Assembly (NCBI GenBank): GCA_902526825.1 | Contig: CABZMN010000004.1 | Location: 5,803 to 69,802 of the forward strand | DNA from: an uncultured Candidatus Actinomarina sp. | GTDB taxonomy: Bacteria; Actinomycetota; Acidimicrobiia; Actinomarinales; Actinomarinaceae | Direction: 5' to 3' | DNA: 64,000 nt | Shown: positions 20,472 through 30,297 of the stretch, one piece after another | How positions within the stretch are numbered: the first letter of the stretch is position 1 | How the letters are laid out: each line of letters opens with the position of its first letter | Made by a program: the position numbers and the translations under genes | Notes under the pieces: generated by a model | Databases searched by the model: none | Told to the model about the DNA's origin: nothing | What the model saw: the letters and a program-made list of their open reading frames with translations, nothing else

Positions 20472-21386
20472 GTGGAAAAATCCGATTTTATATGGTTTGA
20501 TGGTGAATTTGTAGACTGGGACAGTGCTCAGATAAATGTAATGACACACACTCTGCATTATGGGACTGGTGTGTTTGAAGGTATAAGAGCAAGAAATACA
20601 GAAAAAGGCGTCTCAATTTTTAGACTTAATGACCATGTTGATAGATTATTTGCTTCAGCTGATTCATATAATTTAAAAATTCCGTACACTAAAGAAGTTA
20701 TTTTTGAGGCAATAAAAGATGTTGTGAGCAAAAACAAGCTTGAATCAGCATACATCAGACCTTTAGTTTTTTTTGGTGAAGGGGAAATGGGACTTCTTCC
20801 AAAAGATGTTCCTGTAAGGGTTTCAATAGCAGCGTGGTACTGGGGAGCTTATTTAGGAGACGAGGCAGTCAATCAAGGTGTCAACGTTTGTATTTCAAGA
20901 TGGAGAAGAATTAGTCCGACGAGTTTTATACCTTTAGCTAAAGGTGTGGGAGGCTACATGAACTCAACATTAGCCAAGATTGATGCTGTTGAGAATGGTT
21001 TTGATGACGCAATAATGTTGGGTGATGATGGAACAGTTGCTGAGGGCAGTGGACAAAATATTTTTATTGTTAAAGATAATAATATTTCTACACCTCCAAA
21101 TTCCACAGGTGCCCTAAATGGAATTACCAGAAGAACAGTAATTGAGATTGCTAAACAGAAAAATATACCAATTGAAGAAAAAAACCTTACTGTTAAAGAT
21201 CTTAAAACTGCGGATGAGGTATTTTTTACTGGAACTGCAACGGGTGTTATTGGAGTAGTAAGTATTGATAAAGATGATATATCTGATGGGCAGGTTGGAA
21301 AAATCACTTCAGACATAATTGATTCATATGAAGATGTGGTTAATGGAAAGGACGATAATTTTAAATCATATATAACATTGATTTAA
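20472..21386 (+). CDS. ilvE: Branched-chain amino acid aminotransferase
   Basis: LHYGTGVFEGIR, AYIRP, AEGSGQN, LNGITR, FFTGTA. Confidence 0.95.
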   Translation: MEKSDFIWFDGEFVDWDSAQINVMTHTLHYGTGVFEGIRARNTEKGVSIFRLNDHVDRLFASADSYNLKIPYTKEVIFEAIKDVVSKNKLESAYIRPLVFFGEGEMGLLPKDVPVRVSIAAWYWGAYLGDEAVNQGVNVCISRWRRISPTSFIPLAKGVGGYMNSTLAKIDAVENGFDDAIMLGDDGTVAEGSGQNIFIVKDNNISTPPNSTGALNGITRRTVIEIAKQKNIPIEEKNLTVKDLKTADEVFFTGTATGVIGVVSIDKDDISDGQVGKITSDIIDSYEDVVNGKDDNFKSYITLI

Positions 21387-21802
21387 TGCCACAAGAACCA
21401 AGTATCAATTTAGATAAAATTAAAAGAATAAACGACCCGGTAATGCCTGTACCGAGGAAAAACTTTAAAAGACTTGCAGAAAATCTTGATCCAAACGACA
21501 AAGAAGTTTTTGGAAGTACTGGACCAGACAGTGGTTTTGCATTAAAAATAGTGAACAAGTACAAAACTTTATGGGGTAACCATCCAAGAAATAAATTAGT
21601 TACATCTATTGTTACAAACCTAATAATTAATAGAGCAGCTCATTTTGGTAGAGCTCCAACAGTATATGATCTTCACCATATATTGGGTATATTAAGAATA
21701 ACTGAAAATAGCCTTGGTGATCTATCTGAAGAATTGTTAATTAAATGCTCTAAGGAAAAAAATAAAGGCACACACCTTTTATCAATATTTAATTTTTACT
21801 AA
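21386..21802 (+). CDS. Hypothetical protein
   Basis: 138-aa ORF coupled to the ilvE stop; motifs GPDSGFAL and RAAHFGRAPT look conserved. Confidence 0.7.
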   Translation: MPQEPSINLDKIKRINDPVMPVPRKNFKRLAENLDPNDKEVFGSTGPDSGFALKIVNKYKTLWGNHPRNKLVTSIVTNLIINRAAHFGRAPTVYDLHHILGILRITENSLGDLSEELLIKCSKEKNKGTHLLSIFNFY

Positions 21803-21840
21803 ACACTCTATTTTTCTAATGCCTTAATATTGTTAAAAGT

Positions 21841-22608
21841 ATGAAAATTGTAAGAGCAAAACATCAAAATGAAATCTTTTATGGAGAGCTTATTGACGAC
21901 AAAGTTGTTCGTTACGAGGGGTCACCTCTAGTTGTCTGGGAAAGTACAGAAGAAATCTATGAACTTGATGAAATTGAATTATTAGCACCTGTCTTACCAT
22001 CAAAAGTTATTGCAGTAGCAAAAAACTATGCAAAACATGCTGAGGAAATGGGTTTGCCTGGATATGAGTATCAGGCAGATAATCCAGTATTTTTTATTAA
22101 ACCTTCAACCTCGGTAATTGGCACTGGTCAAAATATAATATATCCAAAAATAGGTCAACATGTTGATCATGAAGCAGAACTAGCACTAGTGATTTCAAAA
22201 GTCAGTAAAAATATTTCTAGAGAAAATTGGACGGAACATGTTCTTGGATTAACTGCAGCTAATGATTTATCAGAAAGAGTATTACAAGGCAAAACAGGTC
22301 ACTTTACAAGAGCAAAGGGTTTTGACACATTTTGTCCTTTGGGACCATTTATTCAAACAGAGTTTACAAATAATCCAGAACTCAACATTAAAGCATTTGT
22401 CAATGGTGAACTTAAACAGGATGGTAACAGTCGAGATATGATATATTCAATCGGTGAAATATTAGAATTTGTTACTTCAATTATGACATTACTTCCTGGC
22501 GATGTTGTGATGACGGGTACACCTGAAGGGGTTAGTCAAGTTAAGCCTGGAGATGAAATTAAAATTGAAATTGAAACACTTGGAACCTTATTAAATTCAG
22601 TTGAGTAA
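21841..22608 (+). CDS. Fumarylacetoacetate hydrolase family protein
   Basis: KNYAKHAEE, HEAELA, NDLSER, KGFDTFCPLGP, PGDVVMTGTP. Confidence 0.93.
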   Translation: MKIVRAKHQNEIFYGELIDDKVVRYEGSPLVVWESTEEIYELDEIELLAPVLPSKVIAVAKNYAKHAEEMGLPGYEYQADNPVFFIKPSTSVIGTGQNIIYPKIGQHVDHEAELALVISKVSKNISRENWTEHVLGLTAANDLSERVLQGKTGHFTRAKGFDTFCPLGPFIQTEFTNNPELNIKAFVNGELKQDGNSRDMIYSIGEILEFVTSIMTLLPGDVVMTGTPEGVSQVKPGDEIKIEIETLGTLLNSVE

Positions 22609-22611
22609 ATT

Positions 22612-23919
22612 ATGAAATTAAGAATTGCGCCATCACCTACCGGAGAGCTTCATATTGGCAATGCAAGAACGGCATTATTTAACTGGCTTTATGCAAGAAA
22701 AAATAATGGTAAATTTCTTCTCAGAATAGACGATACTGATACTGAAAGAAGCACTCCAGAATATATTGAAAATATTGTACAAAATCTTTCATGGCTTGGT
22801 ATCGACTGGGATGAGGGTTATGAATGTAGTGATTCAAATTCTTATAAACAGTCAGATAGATTTGGCAGGTATGAGGAAATAGCAAATCAACTACTTGAAA
22901 ATGATTTTGCATATGAAGATGATGGAGCAGTGAGATTTAGAGTTGAAAAAGATAAAGAGATATTTTTTCAAGACTATGTAATAGGAGATATGAAATTTAA
23001 TACCAATGATGTTGAGGATTTTGTAATTTTAAGATCTGATAAGAGCCCAACATATCACCTAGCTTCTACTGTAGATGATATTGACTATGAGATAACAATA
23101 ATCGCTAGAGGAGAGGATATCCTTTCTTCCACTCCAAAACATATAATGATAATGAATGCATTAAATGCAAAAGTTCCTGATTTTTGCCATCTCCCTTTGT
23201 TGTTTGGTCCAGACGGAAAAAAATTAAGTAAAAGACATGGTGATACTTCAGTCTCATCTTTTAGAGAACGTGGAGTTTTATCTGAAACGATGTTTAATTA
23301 TATGTCGATTCTTGGTTGGTCCCCAGGAAATGATTTAGAAATATTTGACAAAGAATTTGCAATAAATAATTTTGATTTAAAAAATGTTTTAGCTAACCCC
23401 GCAATTTTTGATACACAAAAGCTTCTTTGGATGAATGGTCAATATATAAGAGAATTTGATGAAAAAACATTTAATAAGATTGCTCATGATGCAATTGAAA
23501 CTTCATTATCAAGGGAGCTTTTTAGCGAGGAAATTGAAAGGATCAATTTAATTCTTTCTGTTGTTCAAGAACGCCTTGAAACATTAAAGGACTTAATTGG
23601 ACAGGTTGAATTTCTACTCGATGAGCCTTTTAATGTTGACGAGGACGAATGGGAAGAAGTTAATTCAAAATCTGCTCAGGATTATCTTACGAACATTCGA
23701 AATGAATTTAAAACAATGAAAGACTTTGAACTAGACAAAATTGAAGCAATGATGAGAGAACAGTTAAAGAAACTTGATATAAAACCTAAAGAAGGATTCC
23801 AGGCTGCAAGAGTTGCAATAACTGGTACAAAAATAAGTCCGCCATTATTTGAATCCATTTATGCACTAGGTCAATCTTCTACAATTGCAAGAATTGCCGA
23901 AAAGATTGATAATTTGTAA
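22612..23919 (+). CDS. gltX: Glutamate--tRNA ligase
   Basis: RIAPSPTGELHIGN (HIGH), RGED, KKLSKR (KMSKS); followed by tRNA-Glu/Gln genes. Confidence 0.96.
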   Translation: MKLRIAPSPTGELHIGNARTALFNWLYARKNNGKFLLRIDDTDTERSTPEYIENIVQNLSWLGIDWDEGYECSDSNSYKQSDRFGRYEEIANQLLENDFAYEDDGAVRFRVEKDKEIFFQDYVIGDMKFNTNDVEDFVILRSDKSPTYHLASTVDDIDYEITIIARGEDILSSTPKHIMIMNALNAKVPDFCHLPLLFGPDGKKLSKRHGDTSVSSFRERGVLSETMFNYMSILGWSPGNDLEIFDKEFAINNFDLKNVLANPAIFDTQKLLWMNGQYIREFDEKTFNKIAHDAIETSLSRELFSEEIERINLILSVVQERLETLKDLIGQVEFLLDEPFNVDEDEWEEVNSKSAQDYLTNIRNEFKTMKDFELDKIEAMMREQLKKLDIKPKEGFQAARVAITGTKISPPLFESIYALGQSSTIARIAEKIDNL

Positions 23920-23959
23920 CAAATAATATATATAAGTTACTATATTCTTATACAAATAC

Positions 23960-24032
23960 GGCCCCGTCGTCCAGAGGCCTAGGACGCTGGGTTTTCAACC
24001 CAGAAACGCCGGTTCGAATCCGGTCGGGGCTG
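23960..24032 (+). tRNA. tRNA-Glu (TTC)
   Basis: Cloverleaf GGCCCCG...CGGGGCT-G, anticodon arm CTGGG-TTTTCAA-CCCAG, T loop GGTTCGAATCC; CCA not encoded. Confidence 0.95.
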
Positions 24033-24039
24033 CTACCTT

Positions 24040-24111
24040 TCGGGGATGGTGTAATTGGCAACACAATGGGTTCTGGTCCCATCGTTGAGGGTTCAAGTCC
24101 TTCTCCCCGAG
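24040..24111 (+). tRNA. tRNA-Gln (CTG)
   Basis: TCGGGGA...TCCCCGA-G, anticodon arm ATGGG-TTCTGGT-CCCAT, GGTTCAAGTCC. Confidence 0.95.
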
Positions 24112-24115
24112 CAGA

Positions 24116-24188
24116 GGCCCCGTCGTCTAGAGGCCTAGGACGCCGCCCTCTCAAGGCGGAAACGCCGGTTCAAATCCGGTCGGGGCTG
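24116..24188 (+). tRNA. tRNA-Glu (CTC)
   Basis: GGCCCCG...CGGGGCT-G, anticodon arm CCGCC-CTCTCAA-GGCGG, GGTTCAAATCC. Confidence 0.95.
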
Positions 24189-24791
24189 CTAAAACTGTAA
24201 ATTTTTAGACCATCTTGGTCTATGCTGAAGAAAACTAATGAAATCTTCTTCATCATCTATTTCAAAACTAAATTCTTTATTAAATGATTTTTTGATATCT
24301 AAATTCTCTTTAAGAAAAATATTCATGTGATTATCAAAACTATTTTTACCATACATTAATTTTTTAACTTTAATATTTCCCCCAAGTAGAGGAGTTCCGC
24401 TATCTTTACTTGAACATATTACAATCTGGGATGACTTGCATTCTTTTATCCATTCCTGTGCATAAAAATTGTTTAGGTATGGCAGGTCAGCATGACAGAT
24501 AGTCCAATATTCATATTCATAAGAGTGAAGAAACTCTTCTAGCTCAAAATTTAAACCTTTTTTTCTAGTTGAGAATGTCTCAATATCATTGTTCTTACAG
24601 TAATCAATAACAAGCTCATCATTTGTGACACAAACAATTTTTGTTTCGTCATTTTCAAATGATTTCACTATATTTTCAAACATTCCTTTTGATAGTTCTA
24701 TTCTTTTTTCAACACTCAGAACATTTTCAAGTCTAGACATTGGATTTTTAAAATTTCTTACGGGGATACCTATCAAAAAATTTTTTAACAT
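24189..24791 (-). CDS. cofC: CofC/FbiD-like guanylyltransferase (F420 biosynthesis)
   Basis: IPVRNFKNPMSRL, GLN, HADLP, DSGT, YGKNSF..H, EIDDEED match the CofC pattern (IPVK..AKSRL; ADLP; GGTN; G..SF..H; DVD). Confidence 0.8.
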   Translation of the reverse strand: MLKNFLIGIPVRNFKNPMSRLENVLSVEKRIELSKGMFENIVKSFENDETKIVCVTNDELVIDYCKNNDIETFSTRKKGLNFELEEFLHSYEYEYWTICHADLPYLNNFYAQEWIKECKSSQIVICSSKDSGTPLLGGNIKVKKLMYGKNSFDNHMNIFLKENLDIKKSFNKEFSFEIDDEEDFISFLQHRPRWSKNLQF

Positions 24792-24834
24792 TACAACACT
24801 TTACATATTCCATGCTATTAAGTTATATATTGAA

Positions 24835-26232
24835 ATGACAAGAAAAACTAAAATAATCGCAACAGTAGGTCCAAGTATTCATTCAAAAGAGGCTATCAAT
24901 GAAATTATTGATGCAGGAGCTAATGTTTTAAGGTTAAATTTTTCACATGGATCTAATGAAGAATATCAACAAATAGTAGATTGGTCTAGATCATCAAATA
25001 AAAAAATTGCAATAATGCAAGATATTCAAGGTCCAAAAATAAGAACAGGACATTTGGAACAATCATTTGACCTATCTCAAGGAGCTGAAATTGAAATATT
25101 CAATAAAGATTCAAAGAAAAATAATGAAAATATTGTTATAAATTATGACCAATTATTTGAGGATGTGAGTGAAGGTGAACGAATTTTAATTGATGATGGA
25201 AAATTGTCCCTAAGAGTTATAAAAAAAGCAAAAAATAAAATTATTGCTGAGGTAGAGATTGGGGGACAATTAAGATCTAATCAAGGTGTTGCTTTCCCAG
25301 ATTCTAATTTATCAGTTTCAACTTTAACAAAAAAAGATATTGAAGATTTAGAGTTCGGCAATCAACTTGGAGTTGATTTTGTCGCTGTTTCTTTTGTTCG
25401 CAACGCAGAAGAAATTATAAATGTCAAGAAATACATAGATGCTGATACAAAAGTTATAGCAAAAATTGAACTTAAGTCTGGAGTAAAAAATCTAAAATCA
25501 ATTATTCAAGAGTCGGATGGAGTGATGGTAGCAAGGGGTGATTTAGGTGTACAGCTTCCTCTTGAGAGAATTCCACTCGTTCAAAAAGAGATTTTAAATG
25601 AAACAAATTTACAGGGAAAAATTACAATAACAGCTACTGAAATGTTAACTTCTATGATTTCTTCTCATAGGCCCACAAGAGCAGAGGTTTCTGACATTAC
25701 AAATGCAATACTTGATGGAACTGATGCTGTAATGTTGTCAGCGGAAACCTCAATCGGTGAAAACCCAATTGAGGTTGTTAGTGCCATGGCAAAGATATGT
25801 AGTGAGGTAGATAATGTATCTACTACAAAAATAACATCATCTAAAGATGTATTGACTTCTGATGAACTAACAAATTCACTTTCAAAAGCTGCGGTACAAG
25901 TAGCGAATGATTCTAATGCAAAGGCAATTGTAGCTTTTACTGAAACTGGTAAAACAGCGTTGTTGATTTCAAATCATCGACCAGATGCTCCAATTTTTAC
26001 ATTTACAACTGTTGGAAAAACTTTTAATCAACTTAATTTGATATGGGGAGTAGAACAGATAAAGATAGATAGACTAGAAACTACTGATGAGATGTTTGCG
26101 ATTGCAAATCAGTGGCTAAGTGAAGAGATGAATTTTTTAAAAAATGATAAAGTAGTTATTGTCGCTGGTACACCTCCAAATAAAGAGGCAGCAACTAACC
26201 TTATTAGAATAATGAAGATTGGTGAATTTTAA
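24835..26232 (+). CDS. pyk: Pyruvate kinase
   Basis: True start MTRKTKIIATVGP at 24835; RLNFSHG, DIQGPKIR, IAKIE, MVARGDLG, DAVMLSAET. Confidence 0.96.
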   Translation: MTRKTKIIATVGPSIHSKEAINEIIDAGANVLRLNFSHGSNEEYQQIVDWSRSSNKKIAIMQDIQGPKIRTGHLEQSFDLSQGAEIEIFNKDSKKNNENIVINYDQLFEDVSEGERILIDDGKLSLRVIKKAKNKIIAEVEIGGQLRSNQGVAFPDSNLSVSTLTKKDIEDLEFGNQLGVDFVAVSFVRNAEEIINVKKYIDADTKVIAKIELKSGVKNLKSIIQESDGVMVARGDLGVQLPLERIPLVQKEILNETNLQGKITITATEMLTSMISSHRPTRAEVSDITNAILDGTDAVMLSAETSIGENPIEVVSAMAKICSEVDNVSTTKITSSKDVLTSDELTNSLSKAAVQVANDSNAKAIVAFTETGKTALLISNHRPDAPIFTFTTVGKTFNQLNLIWGVEQIKIDRLETTDEMFAIANQWLSEEMNFLKNDKVVIVAGTPPNKEAATNLIRIMKIGEF

Positions 26233-26534
26233 TGGGCCAAAAAATTGAATTAAAGACAACTCAATTTGGAAAAAATGTCATATTCGACTTAAACAGATCA
26301 TTATCAGGACAAGATGGTGAAACTTATTACAATATAGCCCATGCTTCATTAACAAATGAAATCAGCGCACAACTGGCAATGAAACTATTTCAATTCTCAA
26401 ATGATATTGAAAATATCTTTATTCAATCGAATGTTGTTACTGTTAATTTTACAAAAAACATGGGTACTGCAGTTACAGACTTTGAGAAGCTTATCGAAGA
26501 TTTCTTCCTTTTTTATGGAGATGAGGAAGAATGA
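26232..26534 (+). CDS. Hypothetical protein (possibly Nfu N-terminal scaffold-like)
   Basis: FDLNRSLSG...LAMKLF...IENIFIQSNVVTV pattern; translationally coupled to its neighbours. Confidence 0.6.
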   Translation: MGQKIELKTTQFGKNVIFDLNRSLSGQDGETYYNIAHASLTNEISAQLAMKLFQFSNDIENIFIQSNVVTVNFTKNMGTAVTDFEKLIEDFFLFYGDEEE

Positions 26535-27466
26535 TAGTTGGGGTCACAGGTGCCTCTGGTTTTATTGGTAAAAAAACAATTAAAATTTTAAAGGATTCTG
26601 GCCATGAAGTTAGAAGATTTGTAAGAAGAGAAGTAAAGAGTGATGATGAAATTTATTGGAGCCCAGCAAAAAAGGAAATAGATAAAGATAAATTTCAAGA
26701 ACTTGATGCAATAATCCATTTAGCTGGTGAAAGTATTGCTCCACAGGATATACTAGGTTTCCTACCTTTTGCAGGTGGTCGATGGTCAAAAGAAAGAAAA
26801 TCACGAATTTATTGGTCTAGGAAGTGGGCATCTGATCTTTTTGTCGATACATACAAATCATGTGAAAAATATCCAAAAATATTTATTACGGCATCTGGAA
26901 ATGATATTTATGGAGATCATGGAGATGAGATAGTTACCGAACAGACTCCGTTTAATCGAGGACAATTTTTACAAATGGTTGCTGAAGAATGCTGGGAAGA
27001 ACCATTATATGAAATTGAAAAAATGGGGGTAAGAGTAATGAAGTGTAGAGCTGGAATTGTCTTAGGGAAGGGAAATATTGCAACACAAATATTTACACTT
27101 ATATCAAAATTAAATTTGTCGGGTCCAATTGGAGATGGTAAACAATATTTTTCTTGGGTATCTGTTTATGACATGGCGGAAGCATTTGTATTTTGTTTAG
27201 AAAATGAAAATATTAAGGGTGCTGTTAATGTGACTGCTCCTGAACCTTTACAACAGAAAGAATTTTCAAGAGCCATTGCAAAAATAATGAATAAAGCTTT
27301 TTTTGCCCCTCCTTTACCGCCAATTATAATGAGATTAGCTGTTGGTTGGGAACTAGGCGAGCAACTTGGTTTAAATAGTATTAGAGCAATTCCTCAAAAA
27401 CTATTAAAAGAGGGATTTCAGTTTAAAAATCCTACTTTAGAAACAATGAAAGATGATTTTAATTAA
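26531..27466 (+). CDS. TIGR01777-type NAD-dependent epimerase/oxidoreductase
   Basis: VTGASGFIG, IHLAGESI, RW...SR, GDGKQYFSWV, GAVNVTAP. Confidence 0.9.
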   Translation: MIVGVTGASGFIGKKTIKILKDSGHEVRRFVRREVKSDDEIYWSPAKKEIDKDKFQELDAIIHLAGESIAPQDILGFLPFAGGRWSKERKSRIYWSRKWASDLFVDTYKSCEKYPKIFITASGNDIYGDHGDEIVTEQTPFNRGQFLQMVAEECWEEPLYEIEKMGVRVMKCRAGIVLGKGNIATQIFTLISKLNLSGPIGDGKQYFSWVSVYDMAEAFVFCLENENIKGAVNVTAPEPLQQKEFSRAIAKIMNKAFFAPPLPPIIMRLAVGWELGEQLGLNSIRAIPQKLLKEGFQFKNPTLETMKDDFN

Positions 27467-27822
27467 TGAGTAGCTACGAAGAAAGAATGTCGCAAAAATA
27501 TAATTTTTTCTCTTCGGAGGGAAAAAGTCCAGTTCCTGATTCAGAATCAGAAAAAGAAACAAAAAGTGAAGAAATTATTCATGAAGTTGATGAGGCAAAT
27601 GATACTCAAGAAGATGAAAACATGCTCGTTCCAATATCTGCTTGGAAGAAAGTTTTAGACCAACTTGGAAATTTACATGAGGCTGATAAGTTAATGGCTG
27701 AAGCTAGAGAGAGGGCAGCAAAAGCAGAAGCCGAAAGTGAATTTTTAAGAGAAAAACTTAAAAACACACGAGAAGAATTAAATACATTTAAAAAGAAAAG
27801 AAGGTTTTTCTTTTTTAAATAA
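27466..27822 (+). CDS. Hypothetical coiled-coil protein
   Basis: Acidic N-terminus, heptad-rich core, basic/aromatic tail KKKRRFFFFK. Confidence 0.7.
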   Translation: MSSYEERMSQKYNFFSSEGKSPVPDSESEKETKSEEIIHEVDEANDTQEDENMLVPISAWKKVLDQLGNLHEADKLMAEARERAAKAEAESEFLREKLKNTREELNTFKKKRRFFFFK

Positions 27823-27823
27823 C

Positions 27824-29044
27824 TTAATCTATAAAATTACTTTCATCAGAGACACCCCTGATAATATAAAATGAAATCATTAAAAGCACAACAAGAGACA
27901 ACATCGCAGTATTTCGTCCTAAATTTAAAGTGTTAACAATAAAGCCCCATAAAATAGGACCTACAATTGTTGCAAATCTTCCAACAGTAGAATATAAACC
28001 ATAAAATTCACCAAGATGTTGCTTTGGACTAAGTCTTGTCATAAATACTCTATCAACTGCAAATATTCCACCAATATTGAAGCCACCAATAACTCCAGTT
28101 ACATAAATTAACCAGTCAATATCAAATTCTGTAGAAATAACTGCAATGATTAATGAAACCATCCAACAACCTAAGCTAAATAAAGTGCATTTTCTTGGAC
28201 CATATTTATCTCCAGCTTTACCGTAAACATAACCACCGATAATCGAGATAATGATTGCCAGGGCTAATAAATTTTGACTGTCTTCAGCTGTAAGACCAGC
28301 CTCTTCAACAAGGTATACTGCCAGTAGACCACTGATTAAAGTATTAATTGCATCTGCATAAAAGAATCGCCCAATAAGAAATCTAGTAAGACCTTTATAT
28401 TCTCTAGAATGCTTCCACGACTTAATTACGATATAAAGAGATTCTCTAAATTTAACGCTTGTTTTAATAATATTAAATTTTTTCTCTTCGATAAATAAAA
28501 ATGCTGGAATTGAGAATAATAAAAAAAGAATTGCCACAGATCTAAAAATCTCTACATAACTGTAACCAAATTCCTGAAGAATTGATGCAACGCCAAACCC
28601 TATAAGTGATCCCATATATCCAAATGCAACTCCCATTCCTGAAATCTTTCCTCTGTTATTTTCATTACTTACTGAAACAAGAAGAGCATCGTAGACCACT
28701 GATCCGAGATTAAATCCAATCAATGAAATGATAAACAAAAGAACAGATATATTTACATTGAATGTACCAAGAAGGAAGGTCGCTATTATACAGATTGCAG
28801 TTGTAATAAATAATAATGGTTTCTTTCCTTGTGCTCCATCACTTCTTGCTCCTACCCAAGGACCAGTTAAGGCAACAATTACCATTGCTCCTGAAGTTGC
28901 AAGACCCAAAGCTTGGTCTGTCCAACCTTGTTCACTAACAAGCCAGACTGAAAAATATAAACCAGGAATTACAAATGCGTAAACTGTATTTGCTAAATCA
29001 AAAAGTAACCAGGAATATAAACTTTTTTTCTTTACTTCATTCAT
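27824..29044 (-). CDS. MFS transporter (UMF1/Atg22-like)
   Basis: WLLFDLANT, YDALL, SGMGVAFGY, GEFYGLY; about 12 TM segments. Confidence 0.88.
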   Translation of the reverse strand: MNEVKKKSLYSWLLFDLANTVYAFVIPGLYFSVWLVSEQGWTDQALGLATSGAMVIVALTGPWVGARSDGAQGKKPLLFITTAICIIATFLLGTFNVNISVLLFIISLIGFNLGSVVYDALLVSVSNENNRGKISGMGVAFGYMGSLIGFGVASILQEFGYSYVEIFRSVAILFLLFSIPAFLFIEEKKFNIIKTSVKFRESLYIVIKSWKHSREYKGLTRFLIGRFFYADAINTLISGLLAVYLVEEAGLTAEDSQNLLALAIIISIIGGYVYGKAGDKYGPRKCTLFSLGCWMVSLIIAVISTEFDIDWLIYVTGVIGGFNIGGIFAVDRVFMTRLSPKQHLGEFYGLYSTVGRFATIVGPILWGFIVNTLNLGRNTAMLSLVVLLMISFYIIRGVSDESNFID

Positions 29045-30240
29045 TAAATTGATTCTAGAGCGTCTTTAAATCTCGAAAGGCCTTCCTTTAGATCTTCATC
29101 GCTTAGAGCATAAGAACAACGTAGAAATCCTTCTTTTCCAAATACCTCGCCAGGTACAAACGCAATATAGTATTTCTCTAGTAACCAATCACAAAGCTCA
29201 ATTGATGTACCTACACCTTCTATAAGACCATTTGTATAATGATTGACATCAGGAAAAACGTAAAAAGCTCCTGTCGAATTGGGGACTTTTATGTTTTCTA
29301 AAGTTCCAAATAAATCTAGTGCATAGTTTCTTCTTTTATTAAATGCTTTCTTCATTTCATTTGTGGTATCTAATCCATTTTTTAATGCTGAATATGCAGC
29401 AACTTGAGAAATATTTGCAACGTTCGATGTGGCATGAGACTGAATTTTTTTTGACAGACCGATGACATCATCATTACCTATTATCCAACCAACTCTCCAT
29501 CCAGTCATTGCGTACGCTTTAGCAACACCATTCACTACAATTGTTTTCTCAAGATTTTTATCAATAGTTGCTGGCGAAGGTGAAGTGATTCCTTCATAAA
29601 CTAGATGTTCGTAAAGCTCATCTGAAAGTATCCATATATTTTTATCAAATGCCCAATTATATATTTCTTCAGCTTCTTCTTTTGAATAGACCACCCCGGT
29701 TGGATTCGATGGAGATACCCAAACAACAACTTTAGTTTTTTCCGTAAATTTCTCTTCAAGTTGCTCAACTGTAACTTTGAAATCATTTTCAAAATCTGTA
29801 TTAACAATTACTGGCTTCCCACCTGAAATTTTTACTGCTTCAGGATATGTTGTCCAATAAGGTGAAGGTATTAATACTTCATCACCAGGATCAAGTAGTG
29901 ACATAAATGTTGTTAGTATTGCTTGTTTTCCTCCATTTGTTACAACTATATTATCTGGGTTAACTTCAAAATTTGAATATTCTCTTGTTGTTCTAGAAAT
30001 TTCATCTCTTAAAATCGTTAATCCACCAACTGCTGTGTACTTATGATACGTTGGATTTTCCGATGCAATTTTTACTTCCTCTATGACATGTGACGGTGTT
30101 GGAAAATCAGGTTCACCTGCACCAAAACCAATTACAGGCTTTCCTTGTTCCTTAAGAATTCTAGCCTTGTTAGATATTGCCATTGTTCCCGAAGGTGTAA
30201 TATTATTATTTAATTTTGAAATATCCACATTTGTCTCCAA
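29044..30240 (-). CDS. aspC: Class I PLP aminotransferase (aspartate aminotransferase-like)
   Basis: GAGEPDF, NGGKQA, SPSNPTG, SDELY, AKAYAMTGWRVG. Confidence 0.88.
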   Translation of the reverse strand: METNVDISKLNNNITPSGTMAISNKARILKEQGKPVIGFGAGEPDFPTPSHVIEEVKIASENPTYHKYTAVGGLTILRDEISRTTREYSNFEVNPDNIVVTNGGKQAILTTFMSLLDPGDEVLIPSPYWTTYPEAVKISGGKPVIVNTDFENDFKVTVEQLEEKFTEKTKVVVWVSPSNPTGVVYSKEEAEEIYNWAFDKNIWILSDELYEHLVYEGITSPSPATIDKNLEKTIVVNGVAKAYAMTGWRVGWIIGNDDVIGLSKKIQSHATSNVANISQVAAYSALKNGLDTTNEMKKAFNKRRNYALDLFGTLENIKVPNSTGAFYVFPDVNHYTNGLIEGVGTSIELCDWLLEKYYIAFVPGEVFGKEGFLRCSYALSDEDLKEGLSRFKDALESI

Positions 30241-30297
30241 ATGCTATTTTAACGAAATAATTTATAAACTAACCAAGTGATTTATTAAACTTAATTT

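Noticed and set aside
23948-24154. 68-aa minus-strand ORF with repeated RPRPLDDGA
   Set aside because: It is the antisense shadow of the three tRNA genes; the repeat reflects the two near-identical tRNA-Glu copies.
23960-24188. Direct repeat that could suggest a CRISPR array or att site
   Set aside because: It is explained by the two tRNA-Glu isoacceptors; there is no spacer array, no integrase and no distant partial tRNA copy seen.
24625-24834. 70-aa N-terminal extension of pyruvate kinase in the ORF track
   Set aside because: It overlaps cofC on the opposite strand; the conserved Pyk N-terminus starts at ATG 24835.
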